This document shows positions 19,716-28,713 of a stretch of 64,000 nt of DNA, piece after piece. Position 1 is the stretch's first letter; every line of letters begins with the position of its first letter. The stretch spans positions 4,289 through 68,288 of the forward strand of contig JASLNU010000010.1 in the NCBI GenBank assembly GCA_030745835.1, written 5' to 3'. The DNA is from Rhodospirillales bacterium (GTDB lineage: Bacteria; Pseudomonadota; Alphaproteobacteria; Rhodospirillales; UBA2165). The notes under the pieces are model-generated. The model had not been told where the DNA came from. It saw only the letters and a program-made list of their open reading frames with translations, and did not search any database. The position numbers and the translations under genes were made by a program.

Positions 19716-20662
19716 GGCCGGCGCACCACCAGAACGATGCCGGCGAAAATAAGAACCGCGCCCAGGAAATGGAACAATGCCAGCCGCTCGCCAAGGAAGC
19801 TGACGGCAAGGATGGCGCCGAATATCGGGACCAGGTTGATGAAGATGGCAGACCGGCTGACGCCGACCACGGGCACCGCCCGGCTCCACATGAAAACCGG
19901 GATGGTCGATGTGACCAAGCCAAGCAAAAAGAGCATGACGCCGGTTTCCAAATCCATCGGTACCGGCATGTAGATGAAGCTTTCCGCCACATAGAGCGGC
20001 AGCAGTTGCAAAAAGCCCATCACGAACACGGTGAAAACGGCAACGCCAAGCGATATGCCGCGCGGCATCCTGGGCAGGCGAACGGCGTATAGCGAGTAAC
20101 CGACAACGGCGCCGAGCATCAAAAAATCACCTAGATTGAAATTGAGTGCAAGCAACACGCCGATGTCGGCGCGCGTGACGATGATGATAATGCCGAGGGC
20201 CGCGGCGATGAAGCCCAGCATCTGCACCGGGCTCAACCGGTCGCCGATCAGGAGCCAGGCGATCACCGCGGTCATCGCCGGCTGCGTCGTGGTGACGATG
20301 GTGCCGTTGACGGCGGTCGTGAAGTTGAGCGCCACCGCCGACAGCGCACTGCCGCCGATCATGAAAAAAGCCATGACCGCGAAATAGCGCCAATGGCCGA
20401 GGACCAATGGCAATTCGCGGCGCAGGCGGGGAAGAATTATCGGAACCAGGCAGCCGGCGGCGAACGCCCAGCGCCAGAACGAGATGCCGATCGGCGGCAC
20501 GGTTTCGTGATAGCCGCGCAGGATGACCAATCCGGTAGCCCAGAAAATAGTTACGCAGACGATCATCAGATAGCCGGCCTGCAAGCTTAGTTCCCCGGCC
20601 TGGGGAGTGGCCTGGGGAGTGGCTTGGGGCGGGCCGGTAACGGAGGAGGAATTGCCGTTCAT
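19712..20662 (-). CDS. DMT family transporter (EamA-like)
   Basis: About 10 TM segments, duplicated EamA pattern. Start placed at ATG 20662 (MNGNSS...); the ORF track start 20701 would overlap the upstream gene. Confidence 0.8.
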   Translation of the reverse strand: MNGNSSSVTGPPQATPQATPQAGELSLQAGYLMIVCVTIFWATGLVILRGYHETVPPIGISFWRWAFAAGCLVPIILPRLRRELPLVLGHWRYFAVMAFFMIGGSALSAVALNFTTAVNGTIVTTTQPAMTAVIAWLLIGDRLSPVQMLGFIAAALGIIIIVTRADIGVLLALNFNLGDFLMLGAVVGYSLYAVRLPRMPRGISLGVAVFTVFVMGFLQLLPLYVAESFIYMPVPMDLETGVMLFLLGLVTSTIPVFMWSRAVPVVGVSRSAIFINLVPIFGAILAVSFLGERLALFHFLGAVLIFAGIVLVVRRP

Positions 20663-20679
20663 GACGGCCGAAGCAATAA

Positions 20680-22788
20680 CTATCCGGCCGGTTCCGCGCA
20701 AACCGTTTCGATAAATTCCTCAAATTGGGTTTGGCGCTCGGCGATGATGGCGCGGTCTTCGAATATGGCGTCGCCGCGTTCCAGGATTGATCGCTTGAGC
20801 TGCCGGCGCCGGTCTTCGCCGCACCCCAATCGCACGGCGATACGCGCATAGCCGTCGGCGTCGCCGGCGATGGTTTCGCTGATCCCCATTTGGCGCAACA
20901 GAGCGTAGGTAAAGCGCCCGCCAAAATAGGCGCCGGGCCAGGTTACGACCGGCTTGCCTTGCGCCAGCGCCTCGAAACTGGTGTTGCCGCCGCAAAAGGG
21001 AAAGGTGTCCAACAACACGTCGGCGGCGGCGATCAGGTGCGGAAAATCACCGCCGGCCAGCCGTGGCATGAAACGGATGCGGCTGGCTTCGGGGATGCTG
21101 GTTTCGAAGCGTTTCCTCAACGCCGCCGACCAGCTTTCCTGCTGGCCGTCGATCAACAGGATTTCCGCCTTGGGGTCGCGGTCCAGGATCGCGGCAAGGG
21201 CGGCATCCATCTTTGGGTGCACCTTGAAAAGGCTCTGCGCGCAAAGATAAAGATGGCGGTTATCATCGATGCCGAACGCGGCGCGCGGTTTGGGCTCACC
21301 CAGCGGCGGCGGCCGCCCGTAGCAGACATCCAGCCGTTCCGAGAGGATCAACGGTTCGGTATAATGAGCCTCTGGATTTTCAGGCTCGGCCATTTTGTTG
21401 GACAGGTAATAATCCATTGCGCCGAGCCCGGTGGTTACCGGATGCCCCCAGGTGACGCATTGCACCGGTGCCAGGCGGGCGAAAGCCAAGAAATAGGTGA
21501 TCGGTTCCATGCCGATATCGGGGTAATAGACGATATCCAATTTGGCTCCGGCAATGGCGGCGCGGGATTCGCGGAAACCGGGCGGTGGCGCGTGGATGGC
21601 GCCGCCGGTATCGGCGACCGCCCGGTAGGCATCGGCATCGGCCCCCAGCCCGCCGGAGAGCGCGAAGACATGAACCTCGAATTTTTTTGGATCGAGCCCG
21701 CAAATCAAATGGCGGTTCAGCTTGCCGATGGTGTGGCTGCCGAGGTGGGCGGAAACGAATCCGATCTTGATTTTGGCGCCGCGCGCGGGCGGTTTCCGGC
21801 AATGGGGCGCGGTGAAAAAAAGATCAGGACAGTTGCGCCCGTAGAACGCCGCCAGCGCTTCTTGCAGCGGCCGGTCGTCGAGGCCGTGATAGACCGCCTG
21901 GAAATTGGTAACGCCGACCTCGCTCGCCGGGTCCGAGATCGGGGCATCGAGCTCGGATAAGCGGCCGATTTCGGTTTCCATGCGCGCCCGCGCCTGGCTT
22001 AATTCGGCGGCGGAGCCGGCGATAAAAGGCAGGGCAAGGGCATTCAACACACGCAGCGGCCCGCTCGACGGCGCCATGTCCAATGCCGATTCCAAAACCT
22101 GCAAGCTGTCGCCGTAGCGGCCCAGGCGCAAACCGGATCGCGCCAGGTTGGCGGCGATAACCGGATTATCCGCTTGCAACCGGTAAGCCTGGTCCAAGAA
22201 ATCGTGCGCCGCCTTATTGCGCCCGAGGGCCTGGTTCGCCATCGCCATGTTGTTGAGGGCGACGGCATCGCCGGGCGCCGCTTCAAGGGCCAGGGCCAGT
22301 TCCGGGACGGCGTCTTCCGGGCGATCCAATTCGGTCAGGCAGGCGCCCAGATTAATGCGCCCGCCGGCATGGGTCGGGTCCACCGCCAACAGGCGGCGGT
22401 AATATATTTCGGCGTCTCGGCGCCGGCCTTGGTGGTGCAGAAGCCGGGCCAGGGCGAACAGGGCGTCGGTATCGTCCGCGTGCGCTTCGATATGCGCCTT
22501 GAAATGGGTTTCCGCCCGCGTCGTCTGTCCCGCCTGTTCGAGGAGGACGGCAAGATTGTAGTCGGCGCCGGCCAGCGCGGGGACCAATTCGAGGGCGCGG
22601 GAAATATGCGCGATGGCGGTGTCCAAATCGCCCTCGGCGTGCAGGATCTGGCCGAGCAGGTGCAAGGCGTCGGCATCGCCCGGCGCGCTTTCAAGGGCGG
22701 CCAGATAATCGGCCTTGGCGGCTTTCAGATCGCCGGACCGGTGGTGCGCGGCGCCTTGCCGGATAAGCTGTTTCGAATCTGGCGGCAT
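20680..22788 (-). CDS. TPR-repeat protein with C-terminal O-GlcNAc-transferase-like (SPINDLY family) glycosyltransferase domain
   Basis: 702 aa. The N-terminal half is TPR repeats. The C-terminal half has the GT41-like pattern (DIVYYPDIGM, TWGHPVTTG, DTFPFCGGNTSFEAL). Confidence 0.8.
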   Translation of the reverse strand: MPPDSKQLIRQGAAHHRSGDLKAAKADYLAALESAPGDADALHLLGQILHAEGDLDTAIAHISRALELVPALAGADYNLAVLLEQAGQTTRAETHFKAHIEAHADDTDALFALARLLHHQGRRRDAEIYYRRLLAVDPTHAGGRINLGACLTELDRPEDAVPELALALEAAPGDAVALNNMAMANQALGRNKAAHDFLDQAYRLQADNPVIAANLARSGLRLGRYGDSLQVLESALDMAPSSGPLRVLNALALPFIAGSAAELSQARARMETEIGRLSELDAPISDPASEVGVTNFQAVYHGLDDRPLQEALAAFYGRNCPDLFFTAPHCRKPPARGAKIKIGFVSAHLGSHTIGKLNRHLICGLDPKKFEVHVFALSGGLGADADAYRAVADTGGAIHAPPPGFRESRAAIAGAKLDIVYYPDIGMEPITYFLAFARLAPVQCVTWGHPVTTGLGAMDYYLSNKMAEPENPEAHYTEPLILSERLDVCYGRPPPLGEPKPRAAFGIDDNRHLYLCAQSLFKVHPKMDAALAAILDRDPKAEILLIDGQQESWSAALRKRFETSIPEASRIRFMPRLAGGDFPHLIAAADVLLDTFPFCGGNTSFEALAQGKPVVTWPGAYFGGRFTYALLRQMGISETIAGDADGYARIAVRLGCGEDRRRQLKRSILERGDAIFEDRAIIAERQTQFEEFIETVCAEPAG

Positions 22789-22963
22789 GGTTCTCGATTT
22801 GCTTGGATGGCGGCGCCCATATTAGGTCCAAATAGCATAAAAAATCGATAACGGACTCATCGGACCGGTGGGAGTTGTTCTCTCCCCCGGGCTCAAGTAA
22901 ATTCTGGTCCAATGATGTTCTCATTCCGGTCGATAAAGACCCGTTCGTTTCTGGGCTAATGGC

Positions 22964-24844
22964 GTGACCACTGCACCACCCTCAAGTTCGGCCAAGGGCG
23001 CCGGGCCAGGACCCGGTTCGGGGCTGAAATCAACGGTTCCCGAGCACCAACGCGGCTCGCAGCGCGGCGCCCAGGCTCTTTGGCGAATTACCCGGATGGC
23101 CCTCGGCTATCGCCTGCGTTTTCCCTTGGCCGTGGTCGCGGTGATCATCGCCGGCATCCTGCAGCTTTTCATTCCGCGCTTTCTGGGGGATGCCGTCGAT
23201 AATGCGACCGGCTTGCTGGGCGGTAGCGAAGCGGCGCCCGAGGCGGTCAAGGCGGCGCTGTTGACGGCCGCCTTGCTGGTTCTCGGCACCTCGATCCTGC
23301 GCGGTCTGTTTACCCTGTTGTTCAACTATCAGGGCGAGGCCATCGGCCAATCCATCGCCTATCAGCTGCGCCTCGCCTATTTCGATAAATTGCAGCGGCT
23401 CAGCTTCTCCTACCACGACAAGGTCCATTCCGGCGATTTGATGACCAGGGGCATGCTCGACATCGAGGGCGTGCGCCGCTTCATCGAGCACGGCGTCATC
23501 CGGGTCATCCAATTGGTTGTCCTGATCGGGGTCGGCGCCTATCTCTATATGGGCAGCGATATGGTGCTTGGCCTGTTGTGCCTCAGCTTCGTGCCTTTCG
23601 CCATCTGGCGGGCGGGCGTGTTCCGGCTCAAGCTCAGGGCGCTGTGGCGCGTCTTACAGGAGCGCTTGTCCATTCTAACCCGGGTGATGGAGGAAAATCT
23701 GGGCGGCATCCGCGTGGTGCGCGCCTTTTCCGGGCAAGCCTATGAGATGGATAAGTTCGATGAAAGCTCGCACCGGACCCTGGAAATCGCCATGCAAAGG
23801 GTGGCCGTCCGCTATTCCAACACCTCGGTGATGACCTATTCCTATTTTATTGCCATGGGGCTGGTGCTCTGGGTCGGTGGCTTGCGCGTCATCGACGGCC
23901 TGATCACGGTCGGCGAGCTGACCCAGTTTCTGGCTTTCATGACCGTGTTGCAGATGCCGATCCGGCAAACCGGCATGGTGATCAACGGCATCGCGCGGGC
24001 TTCCGTTTCGGGGCGGCGGCTGTTCGAGATTTTGGACATGGAACCGGCGGTGATGGAGAAGCCCGGCGCCGGCGAGCTGAAGATCGGCGATGCCGTGCTC
24101 GAATTCCGCGACGTCGGCTTTTCCTATGGCGGATTTCCAGGCGAGCATACGGTTTCGGACCTGTCCTTCAAGGTCGGCAAGGGTGAAACCCTGGGTATTG
24201 TCGGCCCGCCCGGCAGCGGCAAATCGACCATCGCCCACTTGATTCCGCGATTTTACGATGTGACCAGCGGGCAGATCACCATCGACGGCCAGGATATCCG
24301 CGAGGTGACCCTGGATTCGCTCAGAACCCATGTCGGTCTGGTGCAGCAGGACACCTTCCTGTTCACCACCGAGATCAGCAACAACGTCGCCTATGGCGAG
24401 CCCTGGGCGGACAATGCGCGTATCGTGCGCGCCACCGAATCGTCGCAGCTTCACGACTATATCGCCGGCCTTCCCAAAGACTACGACACCATGGTCGGCG
24501 AACGCGGTGTGTCGCTGTCCGGCGGCCAGCGCCAGCGCCTGTCGATCGCGCGCAGCGTCTTGTTGTCGCCGTCGATCATGGTGTTCGACGATTCCACCGC
24601 CGCCGTCGACGCGGCCACCGAAATGCGGATTCGCGAAGCGCTCAGGGATTTGACCCAGAACCGGGCGACCATCATCATTTCACACCGGCTGTCTTCGCTG
24701 ATGCATGCCGATCAAATCATTTTTCTGGATGGCGGACGTATCGTCGAACGCGGCGGCCACCAGGAACTTCTGCAAGCCGGCGGCCGTTACAAGGCGCTTT
24801 ATGATTTGCAGATCGGCGCCGCCAAGGAGGGTGCCGGTGCTTAA
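22964..24844 (+). CDS. ABC transporter ATP-binding protein/permease (exporter half-transporter)
   Basis: 626 aa: 6-TM exporter domain plus Walker A GPPGSGKST, signature LSGGQRQR and Walker B MVFDDS. Confidence 0.9.
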   Translation: MTTAPPSSSAKGAGPGPGSGLKSTVPEHQRGSQRGAQALWRITRMALGYRLRFPLAVVAVIIAGILQLFIPRFLGDAVDNATGLLGGSEAAPEAVKAALLTAALLVLGTSILRGLFTLLFNYQGEAIGQSIAYQLRLAYFDKLQRLSFSYHDKVHSGDLMTRGMLDIEGVRRFIEHGVIRVIQLVVLIGVGAYLYMGSDMVLGLLCLSFVPFAIWRAGVFRLKLRALWRVLQERLSILTRVMEENLGGIRVVRAFSGQAYEMDKFDESSHRTLEIAMQRVAVRYSNTSVMTYSYFIAMGLVLWVGGLRVIDGLITVGELTQFLAFMTVLQMPIRQTGMVINGIARASVSGRRLFEILDMEPAVMEKPGAGELKIGDAVLEFRDVGFSYGGFPGEHTVSDLSFKVGKGETLGIVGPPGSGKSTIAHLIPRFYDVTSGQITIDGQDIREVTLDSLRTHVGLVQQDTFLFTTEISNNVAYGEPWADNARIVRATESSQLHDYIAGLPKDYDTMVGERGVSLSGGQRQRLSIARSVLLSPSIMVFDDSTAAVDAATEMRIREALRDLTQNRATIIISHRLSSLMHADQIIFLDGGRIVERGGHQELLQAGGRYKALYDLQIGAAKEGAGA

Positions 24845-26702
24845 CCCTGGCAAGGAAGCGCGCTCGGTGGCGCGCGGTACCGCATCGGGCCTGCGCGGCG
24901 AAGAGCTGTTCGGCGATGCCTTCGACGGCAAGGTGGTCGGCCGCTTTTTGAGCTTCGTCAGGCCGTACAAGCGGGTGTTGGTGTTTGCCATCGTGGCGGT
25001 GTTGTTCTTTACCCTGACCCAAATCGCGGTGCCGCTGGTCATCCGCTTTATCATCGATGACAGCCTGATCGGGACGTCCGCCGACCGCGAACTGCTGCAA
25101 CTCGCCGCCTTCGGTTTTTTAGGCGTGGTCACCGTCAATTATGTTTCCAACTATTTTCAATTGACCCTGGTCGCCAAGACCGCCGAACGCATTCTGATCG
25201 ATCTCCGGCGCGCCATGTACGCGCATCTGCAGCGAGTGTCGCTGTCGTTCATGGATCAGACCGAGGTTGGCCGGTTGATGTCGCGGCTTCAGGGCGATGT
25301 CGGCTCGCTGCAGGAATTCCTCGAAACCTCGATCTTCGCCATCGGTGATATCGTGCTTTTGATCGGCATCGTCACGGTGATGGTGATTTTGGACTGGCAA
25401 TTGGGGCTCTTGACCCTGTCGGTGGTGCCGATCCTGTTGGTGATCCGGGTGGTCTGGCTGCCGATTGCAAAAAAGGCCTTCATGCGGGCGCGCGAAACCT
25501 CGTCCATTGTCAACGGCGCCTTGGCCGAGAATATCAACGGCGTGCGCACGGTTCAGGAAATGACCCGCCAGCAGATCAATTATGAAGCCTTCGAAGCGAA
25601 GGTGATGGACAATCTCTTGTCGCACCTACGGGCATCGCGGCTGGCCCAGATCATGGTGCCCACCGTCGATACCCTGACCGGCGGCGCCATGGCCATCGTC
25701 ATCATCATCGGCGGCAACCTGGTGCTCGACAAATCGCTGGATCTCGGCGTCATGGTCGCCTTCCTGTTTTACATTCAGCGTTTCTTCGATCCGATCCGCT
25801 CGCTGACCATGCAGTACAGCGTCATGCAGCGGGCGATGGCGTCGGGCCAGCGCATCTTCGAGGTGCTCGACGTGTCGGTCGAGGTCGAGGACAAGCCCGG
25901 CGCCGAGGATCTAGCCGGTGCCGATGGATCGGTCGATTTCAAGAACGTCACCTTCGGCTATGTCAGCGGACAACCGGTGCTGAAGAACATCAATTTCCGC
26001 ATCGATCCCGGCGAAACCGTGGCGCTGGTGGGGCCGACCGGTTCGGGCAAAACCTCGACGACGGCGCTCCTGCACCGGTTCTACGACGTTTGGGAGGGCG
26101 AGATATCGGTCGGCGGCATGGATGTGCGCGAGGTTACGCAAGATTCGCTCGGCCGGCATGTGGCCATGGTTCTGCAGGAACCGTTCCTGTTCACCGGCAG
26201 CGTCTTCGAGAATATCCGCTACCGCACTTCCGAGGCGGGCATCGACGAGGTGATCGCCGCGGCCAAGGCCGTCGGCGCCCATGAATTCATCATGCGCCTG
26301 CCCGATCGTTACGATGCCATCCTCGGCCAGCGCGGCGGCAACCTGTCGGTCGGGCAGCGCCAACTGATCAGTTTCGCCCGCGCCATCGTCGCCGATGCCA
26401 AGATTCTGGTTCTCGACGAAGCCACCGCCAATGTCGACAGTTTTACCGAACGGGACATTCAGCAGGCGCTTGCAAGCACCCTCAAGGGGCGCACCGGGAT
26501 CGTCATTGCGCACCGCTTGGCGACGGTGCGCCACGCCGACAGGATCATCGTCTTGCAGGACGGCGAGATTACCGAGGCCGGTACCCATGACGAACTTTTG
26601 GCGCGCCAGGGGCTTTACCACCGCCTGCATGATATGAATTATGCGTCCTTCGACGACGTGCAAGGGGATGCGGCAGCCGAAACGGCCGCAGCGGGAGAAT
26701 AA
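24837..26702 (+). CDS. ABC transporter ATP-binding protein/permease (partner half-transporter)
   Basis: Walker A GPTGSGKTS, signature LSVGQRQL, Walker B LVLDEAT. GTG 24837 overlaps the upstream stop (GTGCTTAA); the ORF track begins at 24705. Confidence 0.9.
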   Translation: MLNPGKEARSVARGTASGLRGEELFGDAFDGKVVGRFLSFVRPYKRVLVFAIVAVLFFTLTQIAVPLVIRFIIDDSLIGTSADRELLQLAAFGFLGVVTVNYVSNYFQLTLVAKTAERILIDLRRAMYAHLQRVSLSFMDQTEVGRLMSRLQGDVGSLQEFLETSIFAIGDIVLLIGIVTVMVILDWQLGLLTLSVVPILLVIRVVWLPIAKKAFMRARETSSIVNGALAENINGVRTVQEMTRQQINYEAFEAKVMDNLLSHLRASRLAQIMVPTVDTLTGGAMAIVIIIGGNLVLDKSLDLGVMVAFLFYIQRFFDPIRSLTMQYSVMQRAMASGQRIFEVLDVSVEVEDKPGAEDLAGADGSVDFKNVTFGYVSGQPVLKNINFRIDPGETVALVGPTGSGKTSTTALLHRFYDVWEGEISVGGMDVREVTQDSLGRHVAMVLQEPFLFTGSVFENIRYRTSEAGIDEVIAAAKAVGAHEFIMRLPDRYDAILGQRGGNLSVGQRQLISFARAIVADAKILVLDEATANVDSFTERDIQQALASTLKGRTGIVIAHRLATVRHADRIIVLQDGEITEAGTHDELLARQGLYHRLHDMNYASFDDVQGDAAAETAAAGE

Positions 26703-26704
26703 TT

Positions 26705-27823
26705 ATGGACAGTAATCAAGACGATGGCGCCTATCTTCGCCGCAACATGCGCGGCAAGGTTTTCTGGAATCCGACAACGATTCCCGCCAGTGAGCGGGGC
26801 AAACATATCATCCGCATGGATTTGAACGAATGCCCGCATCCGCCGTCGCCGGCGGCGATCGCCGCGATGCAGGCCCATGCCGACAAGATCAACCGCTATC
26901 CCGACGGCACCTGCCCGGAAATAACCGAGCGTCTGTCGAAATTGAACGGCGTTCCGGCGGCGCAGATTATTTGGGGATCGGGCTCAACGCAGCTTTTGAA
27001 AAGCATCATGGAAGTTGTCATCGCGCCGGGTGAAAACCTGGTGTCGCCGAGCCTTCTCTGGCACCGCTTCCACGGCGTTTACGAAGTGCTCGATGCCGAT
27101 GTCACCATCGTGCCCAACCATGCCGACGCCACCATCGATGTGGGCGGGATGATCAGCGCCATCGGCAACAATACGCGTCTCGCAGTAGTCATCACGCCGA
27201 ACAATCCGACCGGTTTGATGCTCGGCGAGGATGATATCCATCGGGTATGCGCGGATACGCCGGAAAATGTGCTGCTGTTCATCGACGAGGCCTATCACGA
27301 ATTCGCGGTTCACGCCGGCGGCGTCGATGCGCTGGAAATCGTCAAGCAGCGAAAAGGGCCCTGGGTGGTCAGCCGCACATTTTCCAAGGCTTATGCGCTG
27401 GCCGGCGCGCGTCTCGGTTATGCCTATTGCTCGTCAGAGGAAATTGCCAATGCGTTGCGCATGATCACCAGCACCTTCAATATTTCGGCTTTTGCCGAAG
27501 TCGGCGCGCTGGCCGCCCTCGATGATCCCGAATACACGAAATTTATCTTGGGCAGTAATGCCACCGAACGGACGCGCATCATCGAGGGACTGAAGGCGCT
27601 GGGCTGTGCGCCGCTGCAATCGGTGACCAATTTCGTGTCCGCCGACACCGGCGTGCCGGGCGAGGAGGTGGTCCGCGATATGCGCGCCCGCGGCATACGC
27701 ATCGCGCGTCTGCACGACGCCGGTTTCGAGAACTATATCCGCATATCGATGGGCCAGCCGGATGACACCGACGCTTGTCTCGTCAGCCTTAAAGAGGTGT
27801 TGGAAAATCTGCGCGGCGGCTAG
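26705..27823 (+). CDS. Class I/II PLP aminotransferase (histidinol-phosphate aminotransferase-like)
   Basis: 372 aa. The PLP-lysine block RTFSKAYALAGARLGY is typical of HisC-like enzymes. Starts 3 nt after the ABC gene stop. Confidence 0.75.
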   Translation: MDSNQDDGAYLRRNMRGKVFWNPTTIPASERGKHIIRMDLNECPHPPSPAAIAAMQAHADKINRYPDGTCPEITERLSKLNGVPAAQIIWGSGSTQLLKSIMEVVIAPGENLVSPSLLWHRFHGVYEVLDADVTIVPNHADATIDVGGMISAIGNNTRLAVVITPNNPTGLMLGEDDIHRVCADTPENVLLFIDEAYHEFAVHAGGVDALEIVKQRKGPWVVSRTFSKAYALAGARLGYAYCSSEEIANALRMITSTFNISAFAEVGALAALDDPEYTKFILGSNATERTRIIEGLKALGCAPLQSVTNFVSADTGVPGEEVVRDMRARGIRIARLHDAGFENYIRISMGQPDDTDACLVSLKEVLENLRGG

Positions 27824-28088
27824 AGCATTTTCCGACCAAATGAAACCATTTGACCGGGATGATTTTGCCCCGTGGCGAGGAGCACTTCGCATGGCGATGC
27901 AGCGCATCGGCAAAGATGTGCGACGACGTCCACGGGTCAAAAGCACCCGGCCTCTGGTGGGTCAAATCGGCTCCCCGGGTGCGTTGCGATACTTGCCCGA
28001 TGCGAAGGCATCGCGCTGCGCACCGCGCCTACCCGGAAAACCGATTTGTTCCCATCAAATTGATTCCATTTGGTCGGAAAGTGCTCTA
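27821..28088. repeat. Structured palindromic intergenic element, copy A
   Basis: Outer inverted repeat 27821-27853 / 28056-28088. Inner hairpin stems 27854-27875 / 27930-27950 and about 27958-27979 / 28033-28055. Cores are homologous to copies B and C. Confidence 0.8.
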
Positions 28089-28119
28089 AGCCGGCATTCC
28101 GCTCCTTACCCGAAAAGGC

Positions 28120-28153
28120 AAATCCCCGCCCAGTGGGCGGGGATTTGTTTTTT
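28120..28153 (+). terminator. Rho-independent terminator
   Basis: AAATCCCCGCC (28120-28130), loop CAGTG, GGCGGGGATTT (28136-28146), then GTTTTTTG. Confidence 0.8.
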
Positions 28154-28227
28154 GCTTATCTTTGATCCTCTTTAGGGTGTGGCCGCGGCCCGGCTTTGCC
28201 TGTCCGGCGACGGCGCGCACGCAATGT

Positions 28228-28398
28228 TCAGATCGCGATTCCTGTCTGTCGCCAGGTCGACGTGCTTTTGCAATCTGGACAAACGCGTTCTCCGGTGTGA
28301 TTCGACATGAACTCGTCGAGGCACATCAAACATTTACGCATTTTCGGCTGAAGGTTTTCAGCTTGCGGTTTCTTATTCATCTCAGAACGAGAGGCCAT
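28228..28398 (-). CDS. Small zinc-ribbon protein (56 aa), hypothetical
   Basis: Not in the ORF track (<60 aa). Strong RBS TAGGAGGTAACCA precedes ATG 28398. Translation: MASRSEMNKKPQAENLQPKMRKCLMCLDEFMSNHTGERVCPDCKSTSTWRQTGIAI, with a CxxC...CxxC pattern. Confidence 0.6.
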   Translation of the reverse strand: MASRSEMNKKPQAENLQPKMRKCLMCLDEFMSNHTGERVCPDCKSTSTWRQTGIAI

Positions 28399-28713
28399 TG
28401 GTTACCTCCTAACTCCCTCGGGTCCTTAACTACTTTCTCAATTTCCCGATGACTCCCCGGCAGCAATACTACGCTCGTGCCCGATGCCGCTTGCGACATG
28501 GCCATCGTCACCGATATCTGAAAACGAGAAGCGTTTTATAGGCGGAATCCGATTCGAATTACCTCTGCAAAATTTGCATGCCTGCTATGCGATTTTAGCT
28601 ACCCTTATGCAAAATCCGCATAAATAGGGTGTTTATTTGTTCGTGTTGCCAGAGCGAAACACGCGCCATTCGCCGAAATCGCGGATTAAACGGGAGCCAC
28701 GGAAATGGCCTGA

